From positions 1,344,001-1,408,000 of the forward strand of contig OY970355.1 in assembly GCA_963718525.1 (NCBI GenBank): 64,000 bases of DNA, written 5' to 3'. This document shows positions 45,778-55,997 of the stretch, in pieces; positions within the stretch are counted from its first letter, which is position 1; every line of letters begins with the position of its first letter. The position numbers were made by a program, and so were the translations under genes. Origin of the DNA: Candidatus Dormiibacterota bacterium. Lineage in GTDB: Bacteria > Chloroflexota > Dormibacteria > Aeolococcales > Aeolococcaceae. The notes beneath the pieces are model-generated. The model ran no database searches. It was given only the letters and a program-made list of their open reading frames with translations, and was not told the DNA's origin.

Positions 45778-46694
45778 TGGGCGATAGCGATGTCGGCAGC
45801 TCGTCTCCACCGCGACCCCGGTTCGATGAGGGCAAGCGCGAGACCGGCGAGGATCAGCACGCCCCCCACCACGGTGGCCGGCGAGGGGACGGCCGCGAGG
45901 ATGAGGAGGGCAAGCAGCGCTGTGAGCGGGGGCTCGCCGAGGAACGACACGGAGACGAGGAGCACGGGCACATGGCGAAGTGCCCAGTTGTACACGGTGT
46001 GCCCGCCGATGGTGCAGATCACCGCCAGCCCGAGGCACGCAAGGGCGACGCGTGGTGAGGGCAGGTGCGCGACGCGTCCGACCACCGCTGTGATGGCGGC
46101 GATCACGCACACCACCGCATAGACCGACGCGGAATAGCCGGCCACCCCGAGATTCGCCCGGACGCTGCGCCCGATGAGCAGATACCCGGCCAGGCACAGA
46201 CCACCTGCGATTGCAAGCAGATCACCGCCGAACGCCATGCTGTCGACGCGGAAATCGCCGGCGCAGGTGACGATCGTGCCGATGATCGCGAGCACGCCAC
46301 CGGCGAGCATCCGGCGAGAAACTCGCTCGCCGAGGAGCCGTCTCCCGAGCGGGGTGACGATCAGGGGATGCAGCGACACGAGCAGCACGCTCGCCGCAAT
46401 GGACGTGTATCGCAGGGACGCCGTCCAGAGCAGGAAATGTCCCGCCAGGAGCAGGCCACTCACGACCACCAGCGCGATCTGCGTCGATCCTTTCGGCAGC
46501 ACGCCGCGACGGGCATCGCGGAGGACCCAGGGAGCGAGCAGCACGGTGGCCATGCCCATGCGGAGCCAGACGATCGTCGCCGGGTCATCGCCCGCCGCCT
46601 TGATGAGGATGGCCGAGAACGAGACGGCCACGGTTGCCGCAACCAGCGCCCACCCCGGCGAGGGAGTGCGCACGCGCGCGGCCGCCACGCTCAC
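45774..46694 (-). CDS. EamA/DMT family transporter
   Basis: about 10 TM; HFLLW..SL.YTSIA, GDLLA, GHTVYNWAL, GEP. Confidence 0.9.
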   Translation of the reverse strand: MSVAAARVRTPSPGWALVAATVAVSFSAILIKAAGDDPATIVWLRMGMATVLLAPWVLRDARRGVLPKGSTQIALVVVSGLLLAGHFLLWTASLRYTSIAASVLLVSLHPLIVTPLGRRLLGERVSRRMLAGGVLAIIGTIVTCAGDFRVDSMAFGGDLLAIAGGLCLAGYLLIGRSVRANLGVAGYSASVYAVVCVIAAITAVVGRVAHLPSPRVALACLGLAVICTIGGHTVYNWALRHVPVLLVSVSFLGEPPLTALLALLILAAVPSPATVVGGVLILAGLALALIEPGSRWRRAADIAIAQ

Positions 46695-48325
46695 CTGTGG
46701 CGCTCGCGATCCCGTGCCCTCTGCAATGCGGTGTAGCCGCCAAGCACCTCGCGGATACTGCCGTCCTCGATGGCCCACGTGCGCGTTGCGACCGCGTCAA
46801 TCAGCGCCCGGTCATGCGTCACCAGCACCATCGCCCCCGGATACTTGACCAGCGCGGCTTCCAGGACCTCCTGGGCGGGGATGTCGAGGTGATTGGTCGG
46901 CTCGTCGAGCAGCAGGAGATTCGTCTCCTCGATGGCGAGCTTGCCCATCATCAGGCGCGCCCGTTCGCCGCCACTCAGATCGCCGACGAGCTTGAGCGTG
47001 TCGTCACCACTGAACAGCAGCGAGCCGAGCAGGGTGCGTGCGCGCTCCTCGCCGACCGGGTGCGTCGCGAGCAGATCCGCAAGCACGGTGCGATCGTCCT
47101 CACCCGCAGGGACATCGGCGGCGCCATGCTCCGTGGACTGGCCGAGGTCCTGGCGATACAACCGGCGCACGCTCCGAGGACCGAGCGTCAGTGTCCCGTC
47201 GAGCGGAGGGAGGTCGCCGGCGAGCGTATGCAGCAGCGTCGACTTGCCGCTCCCGTTGGGCCCGATCACGGCGATGCGCTCGCCGGGCACGATCGTCAGC
47301 GGCGGCACCATCAACAGCGGCTCGTCGCGGCCGACGATCAGCCCGACACCCTTCAACGTCACCCGGGACGCCGGCGCGCTGCTGAAGCGCAGACGGGGCT
47401 TGCGGTCGATGGTGGGCGGCGCCACCCGCTCGAGCCGGTTGAGTCGCGTCTGCCGGCCGCGGGCCTCGCGTGCTCGCTGGCCGGCCTTGTACTTCCGGAT
47501 GAACTCTTCCTGATGATCGATGTATGCCTTCTGCGCGGCAAATTCGCGACGTCGCCGCTCGCGTCGCTCGACACGCAACTTCGTGTACTGCGTGTAGTTG
47601 CCGGGGTACTCCTCGATGGTGCCGCCGGCGACCTCGATCACCTGGGTGCAGACGTTGTCGAGGAATCGTCTGTCGTGGGAGACGAGCACGAACGCGGTTG
47701 ACACCCCGCGCATGAAGTCCTCGAGCCACTCGATGGCGGCGAGGTCGAGGTGGTTGGTGGGCTCGTCAATGAGCAGGAGGTCCGCGTCCTGGACGAGCAG
47801 CTTGGCGAGCTCGAGCCGCCGCTTCTGCCCGCCGCTCAGTTGCGACGGATGGCGCTGCTGAGTCTCGGTGTCCAGGCCGAGGCCGCCGAGTGCCTCACGA
47901 GCGGTCGCCTCGAGCTCGTAGCCACCCTGGTCGATGTAGCGGTGCTGGACATCCCCATAGCGGAGCAGCAATTCCTGGGCGTCACGGCGCGTGCTGTCCG
48001 CCAGGAGCGGCTCGAGCGTGGTCATCTCGTGGTGCATCGCGGCGAGATCCTCGCGGGACGCCATCACCTCGTCGAGGATGGTCGCGGCGACCGGTTCCGG
48101 TGCGTCCTGCGGGAGGTAGCCGATGCGCAATCCGCGCTGCCACTCGATCTCGCCCGCGGTGGGCTCGAGTGCTCCGTTGATGAGCGTCAGCAGCGTGGTC
48201 TTCCCGGCGCCGTTGGCGCCGACCACGGCGATGCGCTGGCGTGTTTCGACGCGGAACGTGACACCTTCGAGGATGCTCTCGGCACCGAAGGCGACACCCA
48301 CGTCGCGAAGGCTGACCAGGGACAA
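46691..48325 (-). CDS. ABC-F family ATP-binding protein (ribosome-associated)
   Basis: two ABC domains (GANGAGKTT, LSGGQ, DEPTNHLD; GPNGSGKST, LSGGE), GNYT linker, no TM. Confidence 0.93.
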   Translation of the reverse strand: MSLVSLRDVGVAFGAESILEGVTFRVETRQRIAVVGANGAGKTTLLTLINGALEPTAGEIEWQRGLRIGYLPQDAPEPVAATILDEVMASREDLAAMHHEMTTLEPLLADSTRRDAQELLLRYGDVQHRYIDQGGYELEATAREALGGLGLDTETQQRHPSQLSGGQKRRLELAKLLVQDADLLLIDEPTNHLDLAAIEWLEDFMRGVSTAFVLVSHDRRFLDNVCTQVIEVAGGTIEEYPGNYTQYTKLRVERRERRRREFAAQKAYIDHQEEFIRKYKAGQRAREARGRQTRLNRLERVAPPTIDRKPRLRFSSAPASRVTLKGVGLIVGRDEPLLMVPPLTIVPGERIAVIGPNGSGKSTLLHTLAGDLPPLDGTLTLGPRSVRRLYRQDLGQSTEHGAADVPAGEDDRTVLADLLATHPVGEERARTLLGSLLFSGDDTLKLVGDLSGGERARLMMGKLAIEETNLLLLDEPTNHLDIPAQEVLEAALVKYPGAMVLVTHDRALIDAVATRTWAIEDGSIREVLGGYTALQRARDRERHR

Positions 48326-48329
48326 GCGG

Positions 48330-50081
48330 CTACTGCCCCGCCGCGGCCTCGCGGGCGATGATGCGCCGCACGATGGCGACCGACGACGCGTACGTCGAGT
48401 CGATACCGAAGTACGAGAGGCCGCGTGCGCCGAGCGTGCGAGCCTGCGTGAACGGGGTGTCGGATGCGTAGTGGATGACCCCGAAGTCGATGGGCAGCTT
48501 GGAGAAGCTGACCGGTTCGCCGGTCGGGTAGCGGGCGGGTTGGGTCATCTCGTACACGGCGTTGCAGTATGGACCAGCCTCCATCTCCACCACGGTGAAC
48601 GCCTCGCGATAGTAGAAGTCGAGGTAGCCGCGGTTCTGCAGGAAGGTTCCTTTGACGCTGACCGCGCGCTGGTTGTCGAGGCCACTGCCGAAGCGCAGGT
48701 ACGGAGCGATGTCGGACACCGAGAACGCGTTGTCGAGCCAGTACGTCGACCGGCTGTGCTCGTCATGGACGACGCTGCTGATCATCACGTCGCCGACGTC
48801 CGCGTTGAGCGTCGCGGCCTTGCCGAGGACGTAGACCCCGCGAAGGTCGACGGTCTCCGCAACCTCGCGCAGGATGTTGTACGCGGCGAGCCCGAGCGGG
48901 TAGTCGATGTTCACGATCACCGCCCGGCTGGCTGCGAGTGCGGCCGCGTCGATCGGCAGGACCCGCTCATCGCAGTGCTCGGGATTGATCCTGTCGAGGG
49001 GGATGACCTGCGCGGCCACGTCGAGCGCCGTGCGGCTCGTGACGCTCAATGAGCCCGAATCACGCTCCTCACGGCGGAGCGCGGCTCGCTCGGAATCGGG
49101 GAGGAGGCGGAGGCGCTCGCGGGCGGCGTAGTACAGGAAGTTGTTCCAGTTGCCCTGGGCCGTGCCGTCGCGGAAGTGCCGCAGTTCGTCGCGCAGCTCA
49201 CCGCCACCGTCGCGATCGACGGCGGCCGCAAGCTCGTCGGCGTGGCGCGGCGCCACCCCGGTGAGCAGGTTGGCGATGGCGTGCGAGTTGCTGCTGACGA
49301 AATACACGGGCCGATCCAGGAGGGACTCGGAGCGCATCAGCCCGGTGACCTGCTGCCACCAGCGGCGGGTGACCCTGGCGTAGCCGACCTGGGTGCCGCC
49401 GAGCATGCGCACTCGGCATGCCATGCCGTGTTCGGCGATCTCGGCGAGGCGGGGACCGAACGCCGGGCCCCAGATCTCGTAGATCTGCAGCCAGTCGTCC
49501 TCGCGGCCTCCGCACGCCGCGGCGAGGTCACCCGGGGTGGCGTCGTCGATACGCTCGATCCCCGATCCGCGCAGCGCGACGCGAAGCTTGTTCACCTCGA
49601 TCTGGAGGGCGACCATCGTCGGGATGAGATCGTCGACATCCGACGCGCTGGCGATCAACACCGCCAGGGTGCCGTCGCCATCGTCGTACCAGCGGCGCCG
49701 CCGGCCGGGAGCGCTGACCTCCGTCCATTCGCTGAACGGGCGGAATCCCCGCTGCGCGAAGACCTCGGCCGACTGGCCCATGACCACCCTGCGCGCCCGG
49801 AAGATGGCATCGGGAAGGCGCCTGATCGCGTAGAGCAGCGCGCCAAGGTCGAGCTCCGCCGACCCGGCGAGCGGATGGAGGCTCGAACCCATCGCCTTGT
49901 GCGAAGGCTCGAAGACTCGGAGCTGGGTCTCGCCACTGCTGCGCAGGATCGTTGTGTAGGTCCGGTGGTAGACCTCGACGGCATCAACGAGGGCGGCCGC
50001 CTCTGCCTCGGGCTCGGATCGGGACAGGCCGGAGAGGGGAGCCTGCGGGGCAGGCCCGCGTCCCAGCTCGTGCAGCGCCAT
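48330..50081 (-). CDS. conserved hypothetical protein (DUF6909-like) with a C-terminal nucleoside-phosphorylase-like fold
   Basis: YFVSSNSH, IDYPLG, VYVLGKAATLN..GDVMI, VVEMEAGPY, HYASDTP; ends 4 nt before the ABC-F start; family name recalled, not searched. Confidence 0.7.
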   Translation of the reverse strand: MALHELGRGPAPQAPLSGLSRSEPEAEAAALVDAVEVYHRTYTTILRSSGETQLRVFEPSHKAMGSSLHPLAGSAELDLGALLYAIRRLPDAIFRARRVVMGQSAEVFAQRGFRPFSEWTEVSAPGRRRRWYDDGDGTLAVLIASASDVDDLIPTMVALQIEVNKLRVALRGSGIERIDDATPGDLAAACGGREDDWLQIYEIWGPAFGPRLAEIAEHGMACRVRMLGGTQVGYARVTRRWWQQVTGLMRSESLLDRPVYFVSSNSHAIANLLTGVAPRHADELAAAVDRDGGGELRDELRHFRDGTAQGNWNNFLYYAARERLRLLPDSERAALRREERDSGSLSVTSRTALDVAAQVIPLDRINPEHCDERVLPIDAAALAASRAVIVNIDYPLGLAAYNILREVAETVDLRGVYVLGKAATLNADVGDVMISSVVHDEHSRSTYWLDNAFSVSDIAPYLRFGSGLDNQRAVSVKGTFLQNRGYLDFYYREAFTVVEMEAGPYCNAVYEMTQPARYPTGEPVSFSKLPIDFGVIHYASDTPFTQARTLGARGLSYFGIDSTYASSVAIVRRIIAREAAAGQ

Positions 50082-50144
50082 CACAACGCATTGTCGCCGC
50101 TCACGATGCGGCGGGCACGCCGGGCTGGCTATCCTGCCCCGGCT

Positions 50145-51098
50145 GTGGGACGAATCGCTGTCACCGGATCGGTTGCGTTCGACACGATCATGGAATTCGG
50201 GGGCCGCTTCGGCGACTACATCCTGCCCGAGAAGACCAACGAGCTCAACGTTGCGTTCCTCGTCGAGCGCCTCGAGAAACGGCGCGGCGGCACCGCGTCC
50301 AACATCGCCTTCTCGATGGCGATGCTCGGAGGCCGGCCTCTGCTCTGCGCCGCCGTCGGCGGGGCTGATTTCGTCGACTACGCGGCCGCGCTCGAAGCCG
50401 AGGGTGTGGACATGTCGGCAGTGCTGACCTGCGATGACGTCAGCACCGCGACCGCCTTCATCACGACCGATCGGGACGGCAACCAGATCACCGCGTTCCA
50501 CCCGGGCGCGATGGCTCGTGCCGCCGGCGTCGATCTCAGCCAGATCGCCGACGTGTCGGAGGTGATCGTCGGCGCGGACGACGCGGCAGCGATGGCGCTG
50601 CATGTCGAGCAGGCCGAGGCCCTCGGGGCGCGCCTGATCTTCGCACCTGCGCAGCAGATCCCCGCAATGCCCGATGACGCGCTGCGGCGCGGTCTCGAGC
50701 GGGCGTGGCTGGTGGCGGGCAACGATTACGAGTTCGAGATGATCCGAGACCGCACCGGTCTGTCGGTCGACTCGCTGAGCGCAGCACGCGTGGTCGCCGT
50801 CACGCACGGCTCGGCGGGCAGCGAGCTGCGCAGCGCCGACGGCGTCTCGGTGATTCCAGCGGCGGCCGTCGCCGGGGTGGTGGATCCGACCGGCGCCGGC
50901 GATGCCTACATCGCCGGGCTGGTCACTGGTTTCCGCGCCGGCGCATCGCCAGAGGTCGCTGGCCGGATGGGCTCGCTCGCCGCCGCATACGTCGTTGAGC
51001 AACACGGACCGCAGCGTCATCGATTCGATCCCGCCACATTCCGCGCGCGCTATGCGGCGTCGTTCGGCGACACGCTGGACATGCGGTTCGAGAGCTGA
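50145..51098 (+). CDS. PfkB family kinase, adenosine kinase (AdoK)-like
   Basis: [42 protein letters not shown]. Confidence 0.88.
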   Translation: MGRIAVTGSVAFDTIMEFGGRFGDYILPEKTNELNVAFLVERLEKRRGGTASNIAFSMAMLGGRPLLCAAVGGADFVDYAAALEAEGVDMSAVLTCDDVSTATAFITTDRDGNQITAFHPGAMARAAGVDLSQIADVSEVIVGADDAAAMALHVEQAEALGARLIFAPAQQIPAMPDDALRRGLERAWLVAGNDYEFEMIRDRTGLSVDSLSAARVVAVTHGSAGSELRSADGVSVIPAAAVAGVVDPTGAGDAYIAGLVTGFRAGASPEVAGRMGSLAAAYVVEQHGPQRHRFDPATFRARYAASFGDTLDMRFES

Positions 51099-51114
51099 GG
51101 GTAGAGTGGTCGGC

Positions 51115-52287
51115 ATGGAAGAAGCCGTCATCGTCAGCGCCGTGAGAACCCCGGTCGGCACCTTCGGGGGTGCCTTCACCGATGTGCCCGCGACCAGGCT
51201 CGGATCGGTTGCCGTCGAGGAGGCGCTGCGCCGCGCGGGGGTCGATACGGTCGACGAGGTGCTCATGGGCAACGTGCTGCAAGCCGGCCTCGGTCAGAAC
51301 ACCGCACGCCAATCGGCGATCGGCGCCGGGCTCGCAGAGAGCGTTCCCTCGACCACCATCAACAAAGTCTGTGGCAGCGGGCTCAAGACAGTGGCGCTCG
51401 CCGCGCAGGCCATCCGTGCCGGTGATGCCGAATGCCTGGTCGCGGGCGGCATGGAGAACATGTCCCGCGCGCCCTACCTGATGGAGAACGGCCGCTATGG
51501 CTACCGGCTCGGCCACGGGCAGCTGGTCGACGAGATGATCCGCGACGGTCTCTGGTGCGCGTTCGACGATTGCCATATGGGCAGCACCGCCGAGAACATA
51601 GCGCGCGAATACGAGGTGAGCCGGGAGGACCAGGATGCGTTCGCCGCCGGATCGCAGCAAAAGGCTGAAGCTGCAATCACGTCAGGACGTTTCAAGGACG
51701 AGATCGTTCCGGTGTCGGTGCAGTGCCGGAAGGAGACCGTGCTCGTCGACACCGACGAGCACCCGCGCCCCGGAATCACCACCGAAACACTCGCCGCGCT
51801 GCGTGCTGCTTTCGCGAAGGACGGCACGGTCACCGCGGGAAACGCCAGTGGCATCAACGATGGCGCCGCCGCGGTCGTTGTGATGAGCGCGTCTCGCGCC
51901 AAGGCGGAACATCGCGTCCCGCTGGCACGGATCCGCAGCTACTCGAGCGCAGGCGTGGCGCCACGCATCATGGGCATGGGACCGGTGCCCGCAGTCAGAG
52001 CCGCCCTGCAGAAAGCCGGTGTCGAACTGCGCGACATCGACCTCTTCGAACTCAACGAAGCATTCGCGGCCCAGGCGGTCGCGGTCGGTCGCGAGCTCGC
52101 GGTTCCGGACGACCGCCTCAACGTCAATGGCGGCGCGATAGCCATCGGACATCCCATTGGCGCCAGCGGGACGCGCATTCTCGTGACGTTGCTGTACGAG
52201 ATGCAGAAGCGCGACGCCAACCTTGGTGTCGCAGCGTTGTGCATCGGCGGCGGCCAGGGCATCGCGATGGTGCTCGAGCGCAGCTAG
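51115..52287 (+). CDS. acetyl-CoA C-acetyltransferase (thiolase)
   Basis: [38 protein letters not shown]. Confidence 0.96.
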   Translation: MEEAVIVSAVRTPVGTFGGAFTDVPATRLGSVAVEEALRRAGVDTVDEVLMGNVLQAGLGQNTARQSAIGAGLAESVPSTTINKVCGSGLKTVALAAQAIRAGDAECLVAGGMENMSRAPYLMENGRYGYRLGHGQLVDEMIRDGLWCAFDDCHMGSTAENIAREYEVSREDQDAFAAGSQQKAEAAITSGRFKDEIVPVSVQCRKETVLVDTDEHPRPGITTETLAALRAAFAKDGTVTAGNASGINDGAAAVVVMSASRAKAEHRVPLARIRSYSSAGVAPRIMGMGPVPAVRAALQKAGVELRDIDLFELNEAFAAQAVAVGRELAVPDDRLNVNGGAIAIGHPIGASGTRILVTLLYEMQKRDANLGVAALCIGGGQGIAMVLERS

Positions 52288-52349
52288 AGAGCGCTGCTTC
52301 GTGAAGCTACGGGACAGGACTCGAGCGAGGTGACCTACGGCGCGTTCGT

Positions 52350-52482
52350 CAGGGTGGCGGCTCCACACGGCGATCCCGTCGGCGAGATGGAGGCGCCAAC
52401 CCTCCTCGTGCACCAGGCGATGATGCGGCCGGCACAGCGAGACCAGGTTATTCACCCGGGTGGGACGGGCTTCTTTCGGCAC
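52350..52482 (-). pseudogene. remnant of an HNH endonuclease domain (DUF222/HNH type)
   Basis: PTRVNNLVSLCRPHHRLVHEEGWRL matches the C-terminal half of the HNH motif; the N-terminal CxxC half is absent. Confidence 0.65.
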
Positions 52483-52541
52483 ATACGAGGGCTAGAGTTG
52501 CCCAGCAAGGGAGCCGTCTCCCCTGAATCGAAGGAGCGCAA

Positions 52542-53126
52542 ATGGGTGCACTGCAGGTAGTCGCGGTACGAGAAACTGAGCAGCGCATAGCCTTGGACAC
52601 GCTCGTGGTTGCGTTCAGCGCGGACCCAGTCGAACGCTGGCTCTATCCGGAGGCGTACCAGTACCTGACGCATTTCCCAGCCTTTCTGTCGGCGTTTGGT
52701 GGCAAGGCGTTCGCTGAGGAAAGCGTGTGGCGGCTCGGTGCGTATTCGGGCGTGGCCCTGTGGTTGCCACCGCACGTGGACCTAGACGGTGACGGTATCG
52801 TCGCCGTGCTGACGGACACCGTTGCGCCGGAGAAGCACGAGGATACGTTTGCAGTGCTCGGCCAAATGGACGATGCCCACCCCAAATTTCCGCACTGGTA
52901 CCTCCCATGGTTTGGGGTTGATCCGGCCGTACAGGGACGAGGCCTCGGCGGTGCGTTGATGAAGCACTGCCTCAGGGTCGTCGACGAAGACCATCTGCCC
53001 GCGTATCTCGACTCCCCTAATCCGCGGAACATCTCGTTCTACCAGCGGCACGGGTTCGTGGTCACGGGGGAGGCCCAAGCCGGAGCTTGCCCGCCGGTCA
53101 CCGCAATGCTGAGAGCCGCGCGGTAG
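52542..53126 (+). CDS. GNAT N-acetyltransferase (puromycin-acetyltransferase-like subfamily)
   Basis: AFSADP, GVALWLPP, HWYL..GVDPAVQGRGLG, PAYL..NPRN..FY.RHGF; SD AAGGAG. Confidence 0.88.
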   Translation: MGALQVVAVRETEQRIALDTLVVAFSADPVERWLYPEAYQYLTHFPAFLSAFGGKAFAEESVWRLGAYSGVALWLPPHVDLDGDGIVAVLTDTVAPEKHEDTFAVLGQMDDAHPKFPHWYLPWFGVDPAVQGRGLGGALMKHCLRVVDEDHLPAYLDSPNPRNISFYQRHGFVVTGEAQAGACPPVTAMLRAAR

Positions 53127-53351
53127 AGGACGCGTCGGCTTTTCTCCCGCGCTCGTGACAGTACGCAAGTGTCTCAAAGCGAGCGGGTTGACGGACAGCC
53201 GCGAGTGAGTCTTCCTCTGGACCGACCCCGGAGGTCGGGTCACCCAGACGTTCTGAAGCGCCATGATGGGCGCCACTGCAGCGAGAGCCGACTTGCCGGA
53301 GCCTCGAGTGAGCGCTGCTGCGGTACGCAGCGCTTTGACATCATTGTCTCC

Positions 53352-53768
53352 ATGGACGCTGAATGGATCGAATTCGCCACGAAGTGTCAGGCAGCGCTGG
53401 GAGAGTTGGTAGAAGGACGACCCGAGCCTTTCAAGGCGCTGTGGTCACATGCTGATGACGTTGTCATCATGGGCGCGTTTGGCGGCTACGAGCGCGGGTG
53501 GGAGCAGGTGAGCCGCCGGCTCGACTGGGCGTCAAAGGGCATCGCAGCAACCGATCGCAAGGTGGAAAACGTTGTAACGGTGGTAATCGATGACCTCGCC
53601 TACACCGTTGACCTTGAGCACATGATTCGGCACATCGGGGGTCGCCCGCACCCTAGAACACTCCGCTGCACCCAGGTCTACCGCTATGAGGACGGTCAGT
53701 GGAAGGTCGTTCTGCGCCACGCAGACGAACTGCCACAGAAGGACGAACATCAAGGACGCCCTGGTTAA
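53352..53768 (+). CDS. NTF2/SnoaL-like protein
   Basis: LWSHADDV..GAFGG..GW, LAYTV, LRCTQVYR..GQWKVVLRHAD. Confidence 0.8.
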   Translation: MDAEWIEFATKCQAALGELVEGRPEPFKALWSHADDVVIMGAFGGYERGWEQVSRRLDWASKGIAATDRKVENVVTVVIDDLAYTVDLEHMIRHIGGRPHPRTLRCTQVYRYEDGQWKVVLRHADELPQKDEHQGRPG

Positions 53769-53885
53769 GCCTCGGAAACCCTGAAGCATGACCCTCGATC
53801 AGCCGACGGTGATCTCACCCGACGTCCATCGAGGGGGTTGTATTGACCATGGACGAGGTTGCTCGTGCTGCTGTCGACGCGCGGT

Positions 53886-54653
53886 TCATGTGGCTCGGAA
53901 GTAGGCCGTCGGAGTGAGCCCGACCTCGCGCCGAAACGCAGCGACGAATGCGCTGGTCGACTCGTATCCAACCTCAGGGGCCACGTGACTTATCGCCCGC
54001 CCGGATGCGAGCAATGGGAGTGCCGCATTGAGCCGTGCTAGGGTTCGCCACCTGCTGAACGGGATGCCGGTTTCAGAGAGGAACACTCGCTCCAGCGTGC
54101 GCCCGCTGGCACCCACCTCCCGCCCCCAAGACGCGAGGGTGCGGTTCTCGGCTGGATGCTCGATCAGTGCCTCGGCGACGGTCCTAGCGCGACCATCGGC
54201 AGGCATCCGCACCTCGATCGTCGTTACGTCGAGAGGCTCGAGGAGATCCACAAGGAGCGCGGCAGCACGTTCGCGCTTCGCGCGGTCGATCCTTTCGTCG
54301 CCGAGATACTCGATCAACTCAATCAAGAGCGGCCGGGCTCTGACAACGGTCGGGCTCTTCCAATCGATCGAGAGGAATTCGGTCCTGACGTAAAGCGACC
54401 GCATGGTCGCCGCACCTTGGGCACGCACCTCATGCCGGACGCCGGCTGGAATCCATACGGCGCGCGACCGTGGCAGCAGCCAGGTTGCGGAATCGGTGAT
54501 GACAGCGAGCACGCCTCGTGACGCCCATGCGAGCTGATCGTCGTCGTGCGTGTGCGATTCGAACCGCGATCCCGGCGCCATCGGAAACACGCAGGCGGCG
54601 ATCTCTCGCACGCCGGCGCGACGGCCGTCGACAGATTGTCGTTCTCGCGACAC
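53886..54653 (-). CDS. AraC family regulator (cupin plus HTH)
   Basis: HTHDDDQL, AVWIPAGVRH, GASGRTLERVF, VGYESTSAFVAAFRR. Confidence 0.9.
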   Translation of the reverse strand: MSRERQSVDGRRAGVREIAACVFPMAPGSRFESHTHDDDQLAWASRGVLAVITDSATWLLPRSRAVWIPAGVRHEVRAQGAATMRSLYVRTEFLSIDWKSPTVVRARPLLIELIEYLGDERIDRAKRERAAALLVDLLEPLDVTTIEVRMPADGRARTVAEALIEHPAENRTLASWGREVGASGRTLERVFLSETGIPFSRWRTLARLNAALPLLASGRAISHVAPEVGYESTSAFVAAFRREVGLTPTAYFRAT

Positions 54654-54708
54654 AGCGTGTCAGCGTACGCCCTTGCTCGTCGGGGAGCCGACCGTCAAGG
54701 TGGCATAC

Positions 54709-55293
54709 ATGAACGGGAACCACGCCCTGTGCGCGACCACCGAATGGGCCGACCACATTCACCGCGATGTACTGGGATCGATGCTGTCAGAAATCGACCT
54801 CGGTGACGAGATGCTCGAAGTTGGGCCGGGGCCTGGCGCAGCAACGGAGTGGCTCCGCAAACGCGTCCGCCGGCTGATCGCGATCGAAGTCGATCCCGAA
54901 TCTGCGCAGCGCCTCGCGACCCGGTACACAGCGTCGAACGTCGAGGTGGTGACAGGAGATGCCGCGAGGCTTGCGTTCGACGACGCATCGTTCGATTCCG
55001 TCGGCACCTTCACGATGCTGCACCATCTACCTACGGTCGCGCTGCAGAATCAGGTGCTCAAGGAAGCCTGGCGGGTGTTGCGGCCGGCAGGGATTCTGGT
55101 CGGATCTGACAGCTTGGGCTGCACGGAGCTCCGCGACTTCCACGTAGGGGATACCTACAACCCAATCGAACCTTCCTCATTGGTCACCCGTCTTCAGACG
55201 ATCGGGTTCGACCATGTGATGGTATCGGTGGGCTACGACGTGCGGTTTGTCGCGCGGAAACCTGCTGGCGATCTTTCGCGATGCACATCGTAG
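54709..55293 (+). CDS. class I SAM methyltransferase divergent from the AraC gene
   Basis: LEVGPGPG, GDA..L.FDDASFD, MLHH, RVLRPAG. Confidence 0.87.
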   Translation: MNGNHALCATTEWADHIHRDVLGSMLSEIDLGDEMLEVGPGPGAATEWLRKRVRRLIAIEVDPESAQRLATRYTASNVEVVTGDAARLAFDDASFDSVGTFTMLHHLPTVALQNQVLKEAWRVLRPAGILVGSDSLGCTELRDFHVGDTYNPIEPSSLVTRLQTIGFDHVMVSVGYDVRFVARKPAGDLSRCTS

Positions 55294-55296
55294 CGA

Positions 55297-55554
55297 GTGA
55301 TTCAAACGGAGGCGATCGCGATGTACGGAGCGCAACTGGTTGAGATGGCACGGGTGGCGGAGCAGGAGCACCTGCGCGCCGCGGTCATTGCGCGAGCTCG
55401 CGCCCAGGCGCGCTGGGAGCGTCGCAGTCTGCTCGGCCCGGGACGGGTGGCACGAGCGTGGGCAGCCTTCTGGGCTCCTCGCGACACGGTGCTTGTCTTT
55501 CGCCGCGCCGCAGACGGCGCGGTGGCGGACCTCACCTCGTGCGTGGACCGCTAG
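55297..55554 (+). CDS. small hypothetical protein
   Basis: 85-aa ORF starting 3 nt after the methyltransferase stop; no motif recognised. Confidence 0.4.
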   Translation: MIQTEAIAMYGAQLVEMARVAEQEHLRAAVIARARAQARWERRSLLGPGRVARAWAAFWAPRDTVLVFRRAADGAVADLTSCVDR

Positions 55555-55624
55555 TCCGCGCACGGCGCTGGCCGGTGCGGACGCGATGGTCCCAAAGCAT
55601 GATCAGAGAAAAGCAGGAGGGCCT

Positions 55625-55939
55625 ATGTTCATGGATATGGGTGACGTAGCACGCCTGGCCGAGGCCTTGGTGAGTGTCCGCCTCACCGCGCCGAAGGGGC
55701 TGGCTGAGTGGCGGTACCACGGCAGGCTGGTGGCGCGGCAACTTGACGACGTGCATTTGGTGATCCGTGCCGATTTCGACTACCGCGACTCCATGCTGCG
55801 CCAGTTTCCCGAGACCTTCAGCGTCCCGACCCGGTACATCAAGCACATGATGGTTGTCGCTGATCTCGCCACAGGCAGCTCTGGCGCCATCGAGGATGCA
55901 CTCGAGGCAGCCTGGTTACTTCAGCGGAGCGCCGACTGA
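55625..55939 (+). CDS. MmcQ/YjbR-like small protein
   Basis: SD AGGAGG; WRYHGRLVAR, R..L....PETF pattern. Confidence 0.55.
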   Translation: MFMDMGDVARLAEALVSVRLTAPKGLAEWRYHGRLVARQLDDVHLVIRADFDYRDSMLRQFPETFSVPTRYIKHMMVVADLATGSSGAIEDALEAAWLLQRSAD

Positions 55940-55997
55940 CAGCGGCTTTACGCCGCTCACAACCGCAACGTAATGGCCGACCGTTTGGCACGTACAC

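Noticed and set aside
48330-51272. 980-aa minus ORF and 640-aa plus ORF (49176-51098) read as large overlapping genes
   Set aside because: Each is a real gene extended by the antisense shadow of its divergent neighbour; true starts are about 50081 and 50145
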